A DNA stretch of 64,000 bases from Actinomycetota bacterium (GTDB lineage: Bacteria > Actinomycetota > UBA4738 > JACQTL01), in assembly GCA_046263085.1 (NCBI GenBank), contig JBHELK010000101.1, positions 2,011 through 66,010 on the forward strand. Reading direction: 5' to 3'. Position numbers and translations under genes: made by a program. Below are positions 17,100 to 26,706 of this stretch, piece by piece (the first letter of the stretch is position 1; each line of letters opens with the position of its first letter). A model generated the notes under the pieces. It searched no databases and was not told where the DNA came from. It worked only from the letters and a program-made list of their open reading frames with translations.

Positions 17100-18491
17100 T
17101 CAATCGGATTCGGGGATCGAGAGCGAGAAGGAGCTGCCCCGCCCGGGATCGCTCTCCGCCCACACGCTCCCCCCGTGGGCCTCGACGATCTCCCTGCAGA
17201 TGGCGAGTCCGAGACCGCTGCCCCCCGCGTCCCTCGACCTCGAGTGATCCACTCGCACGAAACGTTCGAAGATGCGCGGGAGGGCATCCGAGGGGATGCC
17301 CGGTCCGGAATCCGTCACGGTGATCCCGGCCTGCCGGTTTCGATGCCAGCTCGCGATCCGGATCCGGCCTCCCGAGGGCGTGAACTTCACCGCGTTGTCC
17401 ACGAGATTGGTCACCGCCTGTCGCAGGCGCTCGTGGTCCCCCTCGACGGTGGCGCCGTCGCCGGAGACGTCGAGGCGGAGGCCTTTCGCCTCCGCGATCG
17501 GCCGCAGCTTGCCGGCGACGTCCTCGGCGATGGTCCCGAGCGGGACCGGAGCGCGGAGCAGCTGCATCCTGCCCTCGTCGATCCGGGCCAGCGTGAGCAG
17601 GTCCTCCACGATCGCGGTCATCCGATCGACCTCCTCCGCCGAGCTCTCCAGCACCTCCCGGGCGGCCGGCGACACGTCTCCCGATCGAAGGCTGACGTCG
17701 ATCTCGGCGCGCATCACCGCGAGGGGGGTCCGCAGCTCGTGGGATGCGTCGGCCAGGAAGCCGCGCTTCTCCGCGACCCCGCGCTCGAGCCGGTCGAGCA
17801 TGGCGTTCAACGTTCGGCCCAGCCGCTCGATCTCGTCGGACGTCCCCGGGACCGCGATGCGCTCGTCGAGGCGGTCGACGCCGATCGCGGCCGCCTCCTC
17901 GGTCATCGTGCTCACGGGACGAAGGGCCTTACGCGCGAGTCCCCACCCTCCCGCGCCCGCCGCGGCAAGCACCGCGGGCCCGGCAAGCAGCATGAGCACC
18001 AGCAGCCGGTGCACGGAGCGGTCGACCTGCTCGAGCGATTCGGCGACCGCCAACACACGACGGCTCCCTTCGATGCGGACCGCAAGCACGCGGAACGGCT
18101 CACGGTCGCGCCCGAGGATGGTCGTGGCGCGGACGATGCCACCCGACGCGGCCCGGGCCAGCTCTGCCCGGCCGATGAGCGGATGGCCCGCGACCGACAC
18201 GTCCCCGCCCGCTTCCACGATTCGCCCGGACGCCGAGATCAACTGCGCGGCCACCTCACCGCCGCGGACGGCGACGGCAGACGTGTCCCCGAGATCGGGA
18301 AGATCGCTCTCACCGGTCGTCGATTCCCCGCCGAGCTCCAGTTGGGCGGCCCGAGCATCGAGCGAGCGGTCGATCCCCGAGACGAGATCGGAACGGAGTC
18401 GCACCAGCAGGAACACCCCCAGCGCGAGGAGGAGGACGCCGAGCAACATGACGTACCAGGCGGTCAACCGGACCTTGATAGGGAGGCTCAT
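17100..18491 (-). CDS. sensor histidine kinase (TCS-2)
   Basis: Start [18 protein letters not shown] (TM1). H-box [13 protein letters not shown] boxes DNAVKFT, DSGPGI, GGSGLGL. The upstream part of the 624-aa ORF is arginine-rich junk. Confidence 0.8.
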   Translation of the reverse strand: MSLPIKVRLTAWYVMLLGVLLLALGVFLLVRLRSDLVSGIDRSLDARAAQLELGGESTTGESDLPDLGDTSAVAVRGGEVAAQLISASGRIVEAGGDVSVAGHPLIGRAELARAASGGIVRATTILGRDREPFRVLAVRIEGSRRVLAVAESLEQVDRSVHRLLVLMLLAGPAVLAAAGAGGWGLARKALRPVSTMTEEAAAIGVDRLDERIAVPGTSDEIERLGRTLNAMLDRLERGVAEKRGFLADASHELRTPLAVMRAEIDVSLRSGDVSPAAREVLESSAEEVDRMTAIVEDLLTLARIDEGRMQLLRAPVPLGTIAEDVAGKLRPIAEAKGLRLDVSGDGATVEGDHERLRQAVTNLVDNAVKFTPSGGRIRIASWHRNRQAGITVTDSGPGIPSDALPRIFERFVRVDHSRSRDAGGSGLGLAICREIVEAHGGSVWAESDPGRGSSFSLSIPESD

Positions 18492-19231
18492 GGACCACCG
18501 ATGGCGTAGCCGACGCCGCGGACGGTCCTGATGATCGGCCGGCCGAACGGCCGCTCGATCTTCTTGCGCAGGTAGCCAACGTAGACGTCGACGACATTCG
18601 ACAACCCGTCGTAGTTGTAGTCCCAGACGTGCTCGAGGATCTGGCGTCGGGTGAGCACCCGGCCCGAGTGCCGCATCAGGTACTCGAGCAGTGCGAACTC
18701 CCTCGCCGACAGCTCCACATGTAGACCGGCGCGGCTCACGCGGTGCGCAGCCGGGTCGAGCTCGACGTCCTCCACCTCGAGCACGGTCGGACGCTCTTGC
18801 GCGCCGCGACGGATCAGCGCGCGGAGACGGGCCAGGAGCTCGCCGAACGCGAACGGCTTCACGAGATAGTCGTCGGCTCCCACGTCGAGCCCCCGGATGC
18901 GATCCTCGACCGCGTCGCGAGCGGTGAGCATCACCACCGGCGCCCAGCGCCCGCGGCCGCGAAGGGCATGGCACACCTCGAAGCCGTCGAGGCCGGGAAG
19001 CATCACGTCGAGGATGAGGGCGTCGTAGTCGTTCTCGGTGGCCTGGAACACGGCCTCCTCGCCCCCGTTCACCACGTCCACCGCGTACCCCTCCTGCTCC
19101 AGGCCGCGACGGATGGCCCTCGCCATCTTGATCTCGTCTTCCACCAGGAGGATTCGCATGCGCCTCGAGAAGGGTGCCGTTCGGTTCATGAGAACACGAT
19201 GAGAGTTCGTGGGAGCCGGATGGTCTCTCAC
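18488..19231 (-). CDS. OmpR-family response regulator (TCS-2)
   Basis: MRILLVEDE..DALILDVMLP..DDYLVKPF plus winged helix. Paralog of the TCS-1 regulator. The true start may be internal (19159 or 19189). 4-nt overlap with its kinase gene. Confidence 0.85.
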   Translation of the reverse strand: MRDHPAPTNSHRVLMNRTAPFSRRMRILLVEDEIKMARAIRRGLEQEGYAVDVVNGGEEAVFQATENDYDALILDVMLPGLDGFEVCHALRGRGRWAPVVMLTARDAVEDRIRGLDVGADDYLVKPFAFGELLARLRALIRRGAQERPTVLEVEDVELDPAAHRVSRAGLHVELSAREFALLEYLMRHSGRVLTRRQILEHVWDYNYDGLSNVVDVYVGYLRKKIERPFGRPIIRTVRGVGYAIGGP

Positions 19232-19289
19232 CCTGCTCTCATGAACGGGCGAGTAGACCGGACGGTGTCGACCGAAGGGAGCAGCGCCG

Positions 19290-19994
19290 ATGCCGCCGAG
19301 ACCGCTCCGCCGCCTGTTCGCCGTGGCGATCCTCGTTCCCCTCGCCGCCTGCGGAAGCGGTGGGGGTCAGTCGCCCACCGCCTCGCCCGCGGAGAGCTCT
19401 GGCGGCTCGAGCGGCCCGCCGCCCCATGGGCACACGTCGTCCGCCCCGCTCCCCACGGAACAGCCGGTGCCGGCCGAGAGCAACCCGCCGGGGGACATCC
19501 CCGACAGCACCGTGTTCGTCCCCTTCCGCGCCGACGGCGGGCACATCGTCCTGCGGGTCCCGGAGGGATGGGCCAGGCGCACATCGGGATCGAGCGTGAC
19601 CTTCTCCGACAAGCTCAACGCGGTTTCGTTGTCGTGGAGACGGGTGAGCTCCGAGCCGACGGAGCGATCGGCGAGATCGATCGACGTTCAGGACCTGCGT
19701 GGCACGGAGCGGGCATTCCGTCTGCACGACGTGCTGACCTGCGCCCCCTCCTGCTCCATCCCCTACAGCACGGCGCCGATCGACGTCCGGTTGAGCGTGC
19801 CGCGCGCCATCGTCATCACGTACGACGCGAACAGCACGCCGAACGCCGTCACCGGCAAGGAGTACCGCCTCGAGGTGCTTCGCTTCGAGCTCTGGAAGAG
19901 CGGGGTGGAAGCCGTCGTGACGCTGTCGGGACCCGTGGGATCCGACAACGTCGATCCCTGGCGGCTGGTCGCGGAGAGCTTCCGGTGGACGTGA
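19290..19994 (+). CDS. lipoprotein (hypothetical), first gene of the ABC operon
   Basis: Signal peptide with lipobox LAAC. No recognisable domain. Confidence 0.55.
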   Translation: MPPRPLRRLFAVAILVPLAACGSGGGQSPTASPAESSGGSSGPPPHGHTSSAPLPTEQPVPAESNPPGDIPDSTVFVPFRADGGHIVLRVPEGWARRTSGSSVTFSDKLNAVSLSWRRVSSEPTERSARSIDVQDLRGTERAFRLHDVLTCAPSCSIPYSTAPIDVRLSVPRAIVITYDANSTPNAVTGKEYRLEVLRFELWKSGVEAVVTLSGPVGSDNVDPWRLVAESFRWT

Positions 19995-20662
19995 GCGGAC
20001 CGACCGTCGAGGCGCACGAGCTGTACCGGTTCTTTCACGCCGGCGACGACGAGACATTCGCGCTGCGGGGCGTCTCGCTGAGCGTCTCGCCGGGAGAGAC
20101 GGTCGCGGTTGTCGGCCCCTCCGGCAGTGGCAAGTCGACCTTCCTGGCGTGCGTGGCCGGACTGGACGAGCCCGACGGCGGGCACGTGGTCGTCGCCGGA
20201 AACCGGATCACGCGACGGCCCGAGGCCCTGCGGGCGTCCCTGCGAGCGAGATGGATCGGGGTCCTGCAGCAGTCCGGCAACCTCCTCGAACATCTCACCG
20301 TGGCGCAGAACGTGGCGATCGCCCGGACACTGGCGCGCCGCGGGCGGGAGGGGAAGAGCATCGACGCGCTCCTCGTGGCCCTCGGGCTCGAGGACAGGGC
20401 GTCGGCCACCCCCGCCACGCTCTCGGGGGGTGAGGTCGCCCGAGCGGGACTCGCCGTGGCGCTCGCCAACGATCCCGCGCTCCTCGTGGCCGACGAGCCC
20501 ACCGGCGAGGTCGACGGCGAGAACGAGGCCCGGATCCTGGATCTGCTGCTGATGCGGTCGCGGGAGGGCGGAGCCGTGCTCGTGGCGACGCACAGCGAGC
20601 GAGTGGCCGGCGCGGCGGACCGGGTGATGCGGCTCGTGGACGGGCGGGTGTCCGCTGACTGA
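19991..20662 (+). CDS. ABC transporter ATP-binding protein (MacB/LolD-type NBD), copy 1
   Basis: Walker A GPSGSGKST, signature LSGGEVARA, Walker B LLVADEPTGEVD. GTG start shares GTGA with the lipoprotein stop. Confidence 0.85.
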   Translation: MSGPTVEAHELYRFFHAGDDETFALRGVSLSVSPGETVAVVGPSGSGKSTFLACVAGLDEPDGGHVVVAGNRITRRPEALRASLRARWIGVLQQSGNLLEHLTVAQNVAIARTLARRGREGKSIDALLVALGLEDRASATPATLSGGEVARAGLAVALANDPALLVADEPTGEVDGENEARILDLLLMRSREGGAVLVATHSERVAGAADRVMRLVDGRVSAD

Positions 20663-20666
20663 GCCG

Positions 20667-21335
20667 GTGGTCCGAGCGATCGACCTCACCCGGACGTTCG
20701 GCCGGGACACCCGGTCGGTCTCTGCCCTCGTCGGCGCCACCTTCGAGATGTACCCCGGCGAACGGCTGGCACTGATTGGGCCGTCGGGCAGCGGGAAGTC
20801 GACGCTGCTGCACCTCGTGGCCGGGCTCGATCGTCCGACCTCGGGGAGCATCGAGTGGCCGGCCCTCGGTCCGCCCGTCCACCTCAGACCGGGCCGGGTC
20901 GGGGTGGCGTTCCAGGGGCCCAGCCTGGTCCCGGCACTGACGGTCCTGGAGAACGTGGCGCTGCCGCTGCTGTTGATGGGCCGCCCCGAGAGCGAGGCCG
21001 ATGCCGAGGCCGCCCGGTTGATCGCTCGGTTCGACCTCGAGGACGTCGCCGCAAAGCTGCCGGAGGAGCTCTCTGGCGGCCAGCAGCAACGGGCAGCCGT
21101 GGCCAGGGCGCTCGCCGGCGAGCCCGCTCTGATCCTCGCGGACGAGCCGACCGGCCAGCAGGACCGCGTCACCGGACAACGCGTGATCGATGGGCTCCTG
21201 GCCGGGGCCGGCGAGAGCGGCGCGGCGTTGGTGGTCGCCACGCACGACGGATCGGTGGCCGGGCGGATGGCCGACCGATGGATGCTTCGCGACGGACGGC
21301 TGCTCACGGGGGAGAGGGTCGCATCCTCACCCTGA
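20667..21335 (+). CDS. ABC transporter ATP-binding protein (MacB/LolD-type NBD), copy 2
   Basis: Walker A GPSGSGKST, signature LSGGQQQRAA, Walker B LILADEPTGQQD. Confidence 0.85.
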   Translation: MVRAIDLTRTFGRDTRSVSALVGATFEMYPGERLALIGPSGSGKSTLLHLVAGLDRPTSGSIEWPALGPPVHLRPGRVGVAFQGPSLVPALTVLENVALPLLLMGRPESEADAEAARLIARFDLEDVAAKLPEELSGGQQQRAAVARALAGEPALILADEPTGQQDRVTGQRVIDGLLAGAGESGAALVVATHDGSVAGRMADRWMLRDGRLLTGERVASSP

Positions 21336-23989
21336 CGTGGGTCGCCGGGCTCGTTCGCCGCCGCACCGGGCGGCTGATCGCGACGACACTTGGCGTCGCG
21401 CTCGTCGTGACCATCACGGCCTCGCTCGGCGCGTTCTTCAGCGTGAGCCGGGCCGGGATGACCGCGCTCGCATCGGCGGGCCTTCCCGTCGACTGGCAGG
21501 TCCGTCTCGAGCCCGGAACCAACGTGGCGCGGGCTCGATCGGTGATCGCTTCGGCACCGGGGATCGCCGCCGTCCGCCCGGTCGAGTACGCGGACACGAC
21601 GGGGCTGCAGGCCCGCAGCGGCGCCACGGTGCAGACAACGGGCCCCGGCCAGGTCCTGGGCATCCCGAGGGACTACGCGACGACGTTCCCCGGCGAGATC
21701 CGTCCGCTGGTGGGATCGCGGTCCGGCGTGCTGCTCGCGCAGCAGACCGCGGCGAACCTCCACGCGGCGCCCGGAAGCGTCGTGCGGATCCGGAGGCCGG
21801 GGTCGAAGCCGGCTTCCGTTCGGGTGCAGGGTGTGATCGACCTCCCGCAGGCGGACTCCCTCTTCCAGGCCGTGGGAGCGGCCCCGGGCGGGGGGCTGCG
21901 GGCTCCTCCGGACAACGTCGTGATCCTGCCGTCGATGACCTGGCACCGGCTGTTCGACCCCACCGCCGCAGCCCTGCCGACGGCGGCACAGACGCAGGTC
22001 CACGTGAAGCTCGATCCCTCGCTGCCCTCCGATCCCTCCGCCGCCTTCGCCGACGTCCTGGCGAGAGCGAGGAACCTCGAGGCTCGCCTGGCCGGGAAGG
22101 GCGTGGTCGGCGACAACCTGGCAGCGCGGCTCGATGCAGCGAGGACGGATGCGACGTACGCAGAGCTCCTGTTCCTGCTCCTGGGCGTCCCGGCGGCCCT
22201 GCTGGCCGCCGTGCTGACCGGCATCCTCGCGGCGTCCGGAGGGGATCGAAGGCGCCGGGAGCAGAGCCTGCTCCGGATCCGCGGGGCGTCGCCGCGCCGT
22301 CTCCTCGGGCTCGCGCTCGCGGAGGCCGCCGCGGTCGGGGTCGCCGGGGTCGCGCTCGGATTCGCGGGCGCGGCGATCGCCGGAGAGCTCGCTTTCGGGA
22401 GCTTCGCCTTCGGCGCGACGCCGGGACAAGCGGTCGCCTGGGCGGTCGGCAGCGGCGCGGCCGGACTCGCCGTGGCCGCCGCCGGGATCGTCGTCCCGTC
22501 GTGGCGCGACGCTCGGACCCTAACGGTGCGGGGCGCTCAGGCCGCGATCGGGTCGGCTCCCCGGCCGACGTGGGCCCGCCTCTACCTCGACGTCGTCGCG
22601 CTCGTCGCCGCGGGGCTCGTGTTCTGGCAGGCCGTCCGGAACGGCTACCGCGTGCTCCTGGCGCCTGAGGGAGTCCCGACCATCTCCGTCTCGTCCTTCA
22701 CGCTTCTCGCGCCCGTCCTGCTCTGGATCGGCGCGACGCTGTGCACGTGGCGCCTCTCCGTCGCCGCGCTTTCGCGGGGGCGCCGTGCGCTGGCACGGGC
22801 GGTCCGGCCTCTCGCTGCGGGATTGTCGGGCGTCGTCGCGGCGTCGATGTCGCGTCAGGCCAGGCTGCTGGGGCGGGGCGTCGTGATCATGACGCTCGCC
22901 ACCGCCTTCGCCCTCTCCACGGCGGTGTTCGACACGACGTACCAGGCCCAGGCGCGCGTCGACGCCCAGCTCACGAACGGAGCGGACGTGACCGTGTCCA
23001 CGGCGGGGTTCAGCGGGCTTCCATCGAACCTGCCCGAGCGGGTCGAGAAGCTGCCCGGCGTCGTGGCGGCCCAACCGATGCAGCACCGGTTCGCCTACGT
23101 CGGCAACGACCTCCAGGACCTCTACGGCATCGACCCCTCGACGATCGGATCCGCCACGAACATGTCCGACGCGTTCTTCGCCGGGGGCGACGCGGCGGCC
23201 GCGCTCGCGACGCTCGCCTCGCGACCGGACGGCGTCCTCGTGTCGGACGAGACCGTGCTGGACTTCCGTCTCCAGCCGGGCGACCTGCTGCGCCTGCGGC
23301 TCCAGCTGACCCGGGATCACCGGTACCACGTGGTGCCTTTCCACTACGTGGGGATCGTCCGGGAGTTCCCCACGGCGCCGCGCGACTCCTTCATCGTGGC
23401 GAATGCCTCCTACATCGCGCGGCGGACGGGGTCGGCTGCAGCCCAGACCCTCCTGATCCGAACGAGCGCGCCGCCGCGGTCCGTCGCGGCCGCCGTGCGA
23501 GGCCTGCTCGGCCCGGCTTCCGGCGCGAACGTCCGGGACATCGAGTCGCAGGCGAAGATCACGCTTTCCGGATTGACCGCCATCGACCTCTCCGGCCTGA
23601 CGCGCCTCGAGCTCGCGTTCGCCATCGTCATCGGCGCGGCATCGGCCGGGGTCGTGCTCGCGCTCGGCCTCGCCGAGCGTCGCCGGACCTTCGCCATCAC
23701 GTCCCTCGTCGGGGCGAGGTCCCGCCAGCTCGCCGCGTTCGTCTGGAGCGAGGCCGGGTTCGTCACCGTCGGCGGGGTGGTCTTCGGCGCGCTCGCCGGG
23801 TGGGGGCTGGCCTTCGTCGTCGTCAAGATCCTGACGGGCGTGTTCGATCCACCGCCGCAACACCTGTCGTGGCCTTGGGCCTACCTGGCGACGGTGGGCG
23901 CCGGCATCGCGCTCGCGGCGACCGCAGCGGGGATCGCGACGCTTCGCGCCACCCGTCGCCCGGCTGTGGAGATCCTCCGTGACCTCTAG
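21278..23989 (+). CDS. large FtsX-family ABC permease with two FtsX/MacB-type modules and large extracytoplasmic domains
   Basis: ~900 aa. N-terminal TM (LTLTWVAGLVRRRTGRLIATTLGVALVVTI), then soluble domains, FtsX 4-TM block, second soluble domain, second FtsX block. Start taken as the in-frame ATG at 21278; uncertain. Confidence 0.7.
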   Translation: MDASRRTAAHGGEGRILTLTWVAGLVRRRTGRLIATTLGVALVVTITASLGAFFSVSRAGMTALASAGLPVDWQVRLEPGTNVARARSVIASAPGIAAVRPVEYADTTGLQARSGATVQTTGPGQVLGIPRDYATTFPGEIRPLVGSRSGVLLAQQTAANLHAAPGSVVRIRRPGSKPASVRVQGVIDLPQADSLFQAVGAAPGGGLRAPPDNVVILPSMTWHRLFDPTAAALPTAAQTQVHVKLDPSLPSDPSAAFADVLARARNLEARLAGKGVVGDNLAARLDAARTDATYAELLFLLLGVPAALLAAVLTGILAASGGDRRRREQSLLRIRGASPRRLLGLALAEAAAVGVAGVALGFAGAAIAGELAFGSFAFGATPGQAVAWAVGSGAAGLAVAAAGIVVPSWRDARTLTVRGAQAAIGSAPRPTWARLYLDVVALVAAGLVFWQAVRNGYRVLLAPEGVPTISVSSFTLLAPVLLWIGATLCTWRLSVAALSRGRRALARAVRPLAAGLSGVVAASMSRQARLLGRGVVIMTLATAFALSTAVFDTTYQAQARVDAQLTNGADVTVSTAGFSGLPSNLPERVEKLPGVVAAQPMQHRFAYVGNDLQDLYGIDPSTIGSATNMSDAFFAGGDAAAALATLASRPDGVLVSDETVLDFRLQPGDLLRLRLQLTRDHRYHVVPFHYVGIVREFPTAPRDSFIVANASYIARRTGSAAAQTLLIRTSAPPRSVAAAVRGLLGPASGANVRDIESQAKITLSGLTAIDLSGLTRLELAFAIVIGAASAGVVLALGLAERRRTFAITSLVGARSRQLAAFVWSEAGFVTVGGVVFGALAGWGLAFVVVKILTGVFDPPPQHLSWPWAYLATVGAGIALAATAAGIATLRATRRPAVEILRDL

Positions 23990-25253
23990 CCCGCCTCCCG
24001 GCCGCCGAGCCGCGCCTCGCTCGCGCAACCACCGACGATCGCGATGGCGCCGCCGGCGCCGGTTGCTCGTGGCGATCAGCGCGGCCGGCGTGATCGCCAG
24101 CTGCGTCGTCGCGGGCGCCGACGAGTTCACCGAGAGCCGCGCTGCCTCGGCCTCGCGGCACGCTGCACATGTGTCGCCGCCCACCGCGCGTGCACGGCGC
24201 GGACTCCAGCGACACAGCCATCCCCGGCAGGCGGCGCACCGCGATCTCACCACCGCGGACCAGCATCGGAGGGCCGGCGTGTACGCCGCCGACGGGAGGG
24301 GCAGGTTCAGCCCGGCGGTGGCCGGCATCCGCCCGCGCGTGTACGTGCCGAACACCCTCGACGGCACGGTGGACGAGATCGACCCGCGAACGTACCGCGT
24401 GATCCGGCGCATCACCGTGGGAGGCGAACCGCACCACATCACGCCGTCGTGGGACCTCCGGCACCTCTACGTCGACAATGCCGGAGCGGGTCTCCTCCAG
24501 GTCATCGACCCCCGGACCGGCAGGCTGGGACGGGCGATCCGGGTCTCCACGCCCTACAACCTGTACTTCACGCCGGACGGGACGAAGGCCATCGTGGTCG
24601 CCGAGGCCGCGCACCTCCTCGAGTTCCGCGACCCCCACACGTGGCGGATCCTCGGGCTCGTTCCGATCCCGTGGCCGGGCGTCGATCACATGGACTTCTC
24701 CGCCACCGGTCGGTTCCTTCTCGTCAGCTGCGAGTACAGCGGGATCGTGGTCCGGGTCGACACCCGCAGGATGAAGGTCACGGGGACCCTCGACGTCGGC
24801 GGTAGGCCAGTCGACGTGAAGGTCTCCCCCAACGGACGCGTGTTCTACGTCGCGAACCAGGGCCTCGGCGGCGTGTCGGTCGTGGATCCGAGATCCATGC
24901 GGCAGATCGCCTTCATCCCGACGGGGACGGGAGCCCACGGATTCGCCGTCGGCAGGGACGGCACGTCGCTCTACCTCAGCAACCGCATCGCCGGAACGGT
25001 CTCCGTCATCGACTTCGCCACGCGCCGGGTGGTTCGCACCTGGCACGTCGGGGGGAGCCCCGACATGCTCCAGGTCTCACCGGACGGCACGCAGCTGTGG
25101 GCGTCGAATCGATTCGGCGACACGGTCTCCATCATCTCGACCACGACGGGGCGGGTCATCCGATCGATCATCGTCGGGCGAGGGCCGCACGGACTGTCGT
25201 TCTTCCCCGAGCCGGGTGCGCACAGCATCGGGCACAACGGCGTGTACCGCTGA
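23979..25253 (+). CDS. YVTN-family beta-propeller repeat lipoprotein
   Basis: TAT-like RRRRRLL signal with lipobox IASC. Repeated ~40-aa YVTN-type motifs (YVPN.., YVDN.., YFTPDG, YVANQG, YLSNR). Overlaps the permease stop. Confidence 0.65.
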   Translation: MTSSPPPGRRAAPRSRNHRRSRWRRRRRLLVAISAAGVIASCVVAGADEFTESRAASASRHAAHVSPPTARARRGLQRHSHPRQAAHRDLTTADQHRRAGVYAADGRGRFSPAVAGIRPRVYVPNTLDGTVDEIDPRTYRVIRRITVGGEPHHITPSWDLRHLYVDNAGAGLLQVIDPRTGRLGRAIRVSTPYNLYFTPDGTKAIVVAEAAHLLEFRDPHTWRILGLVPIPWPGVDHMDFSATGRFLLVSCEYSGIVVRVDTRRMKVTGTLDVGGRPVDVKVSPNGRVFYVANQGLGGVSVVDPRSMRQIAFIPTGTGAHGFAVGRDGTSLYLSNRIAGTVSVIDFATRRVVRTWHVGGSPDMLQVSPDGTQLWASNRFGDTVSIISTTTGRVIRSIIVGRGPHGLSFFPEPGAHSIGHNGVYR

Positions 25254-25367
25254 GGGGATCGCATTCCGTCTGGCACAGGTCGAACTCTCAGCGTTATCTC
25301 ATGGAGCGCCGGGTACGGTGCACTTCGTTCGCCCGCGACATCGCTTCGTTCACGACAGGAGGTATGG

Positions 25368-26270
25368 ATGCTCACGCGCTCGCTACGGCCACGGCCAATG
25401 ATCGGCAAGCAATCCGATGGAGGACCCACGCGTCCGCGACTGGTCCGGATGCTCAGCAAGGTTCCCGAAGTCACGGTCTTCTTCTGGATCATCAAGGTCC
25501 TCGCCACCACCGTGGGCGAGACCGCGGCCGACTTCCTCGGCGGCACCCTGAACCTCGGACTCACGGTAACGACGTACGTCATGACGGCGCTGCTCATCGC
25601 GTCGCTGGTCTTCCAGGTCAGGGCCCGACGGTACATCCCCGGGATCTACTGGCTCGCGGTCGTCCTGATCAGCATCGTCGGTACCCTCATCACGGACAAC
25701 CTCTCGGACAACTTCGGGGTCAGCCTGGTGACCACGACCATCGCGTTCTCGGTCGCGCTCGCCGCCACATTCGTGGCGTGGTACGCGAGCGAGCGGACCC
25801 TCTCGATCCACAGCATCTTCACCAGAAGGCGAGAGGCCTTCTACTGGCTCGCCATCCTGTTCACCTTCGCGCTGGGCACCGCGGCGGGCGACCTCCTCTC
25901 GGAGCGACTCAACCTCGGCTACGCCGTCTCGGCCGTGCTGTTCGGCGGCGCGATCGCGGTCGTCGGCGTCGCGTTCGCCTTCCGGCGCATCGGCCCCGTG
26001 CTCGCATTCTGGATCGCGTACGTCCTGACCCGGCCGCTCGGAGCGTCGATGGGTGATCTCCTGTCGCAGGGGCGGCGCGGCGGGGGTCTCGGCGTGGGAA
26101 CCGTGGGCACCACCGTGATCTTCCTGGCGACGATCCTCGGCGTGGTGACCTACCTGAGCATCACGAAGCGCGACCAGGAGCCTTCTTCGAACGTGGTGGA
26201 AGACGACCGGGAGTACGCCCGTGGCGCTGCTGAGGCCGAGGCCCTGGTCGAAGCCGACAAGATGGCATAG
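25368..26270 (+). CDS. COG4705-type membrane-anchored protein of unknown function
   Basis: Repeated TM modules (VFFWIIKVLATTVGETAADFL ... LAILFTFALGTAAGDLL). AGGAGG SD 9 nt upstream of the 25368 ATG. Confidence 0.55.
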   Translation: MLTRSLRPRPMIGKQSDGGPTRPRLVRMLSKVPEVTVFFWIIKVLATTVGETAADFLGGTLNLGLTVTTYVMTALLIASLVFQVRARRYIPGIYWLAVVLISIVGTLITDNLSDNFGVSLVTTTIAFSVALAATFVAWYASERTLSIHSIFTRRREAFYWLAILFTFALGTAAGDLLSERLNLGYAVSAVLFGGAIAVVGVAFAFRRIGPVLAFWIAYVLTRPLGASMGDLLSQGRRGGGLGVGTVGTTVIFLATILGVVTYLSITKRDQEPSSNVVEDDREYARGAAEAEALVEADKMA

Positions 26271-26291
26271 GGCCCGGGGCCGTACGAAGAA

Positions 26292-26311
26292 GAAGGCCCC
26301 GCAGGGCCTTC
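26292..26311 (+). terminator. hairpin gaaggcccCGCAgggccttc downstream of the COG4705 gene
   Basis: Perfect 8-bp stem followed by a weak T-containing tract. Confidence 0.4.
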
Positions 26312-26394
26312 GGCGTTTCGCTCACGATCGGCTCCATCCGCCCGGGGGACCCCCCTCGCGTTCCCCGAGCGGACCAGCCTTGGAAGGGGCGCTG

Positions 26395-26426
26395 CCCTGA
26401 GGAGCCGCTCCCGGGGCTCCTCAGGG
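26395..26426. terminator. strong GC hairpin (11-bp perfect inverted repeat CCTGAGGAGCC / GGCTCCTCAGG) between convergent genes
   Basis: Seen directly: ccctgaggagccgctcccggggctcctcaggg. Confidence 0.45.
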
Positions 26427-26434
26427 CTTGAACG

Positions 26435-26686
26435 TCACTCCTGCGAGGAGACCTCGATGAGCTCGCGGATCTCCGACTCGCGATACCGGCGGTGGCCGCC
26501 GAGCGTCCGGATCGAAGACAACTTGCCGGCCTTCGCCCAGCGCGTGACCGTCTTCGGGTCCACCCGGAACAGGGCGGCGACCTCTGACGGGGTGAGCAGC
26601 TTCTCCGAGTTGTCTGCCTTCATGTCTTCCCTCCGGGCCGATTGCGGACATTGTGTGCGAAGCAGCACGAGTTTGGACATAGACAA
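26435..26686 (-). CDS. bldC: BldC-like small MerR/excisionase-type DNA-binding regulator
   Basis: LLTPSEVAALFRVDPKTVTRWAKAGKLSSIRTLGGHRRYRESEIRELI is near-identical in pattern to Streptomyces BldC. Likely start MKADNSEK at 26623 with a GGAGGG SD. Confidence 0.75.
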   Translation of the reverse strand: MSMSKLVLLRTQCPQSARREDMKADNSEKLLTPSEVAALFRVDPKTVTRWAKAGKLSSIRTLGGHRRYRESEIRELIEVSSQE

Positions 26687-26706
26687 AATGGGTCAATTTG
26701 GCATAG
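26672..26706. promoter_or_regulatory. AT-rich direct repeats TTTGGACATAG / TTTGGCATAG upstream of the bldC-like gene
   Basis: Repeats at 26672-82 and 26697-706 in an unusually AT-rich stretch. A TTGACC -35-like element lies on the coding strand. Confidence 0.3.

Noticed and set aside
20855-21277. N-terminal 140 aa of the 1044-aa ORF (Arg/Gly-rich) preceding the permease
   Set aside because: Overlaps ATPase copy 2 in another frame with junk composition. Permease start placed at the in-frame ATG 21278.
22520-24442. 640-aa minus-strand ORF
   Set aside because: Antisense to the FtsX permease and YVTN genes. R/G/D-rich low complexity.
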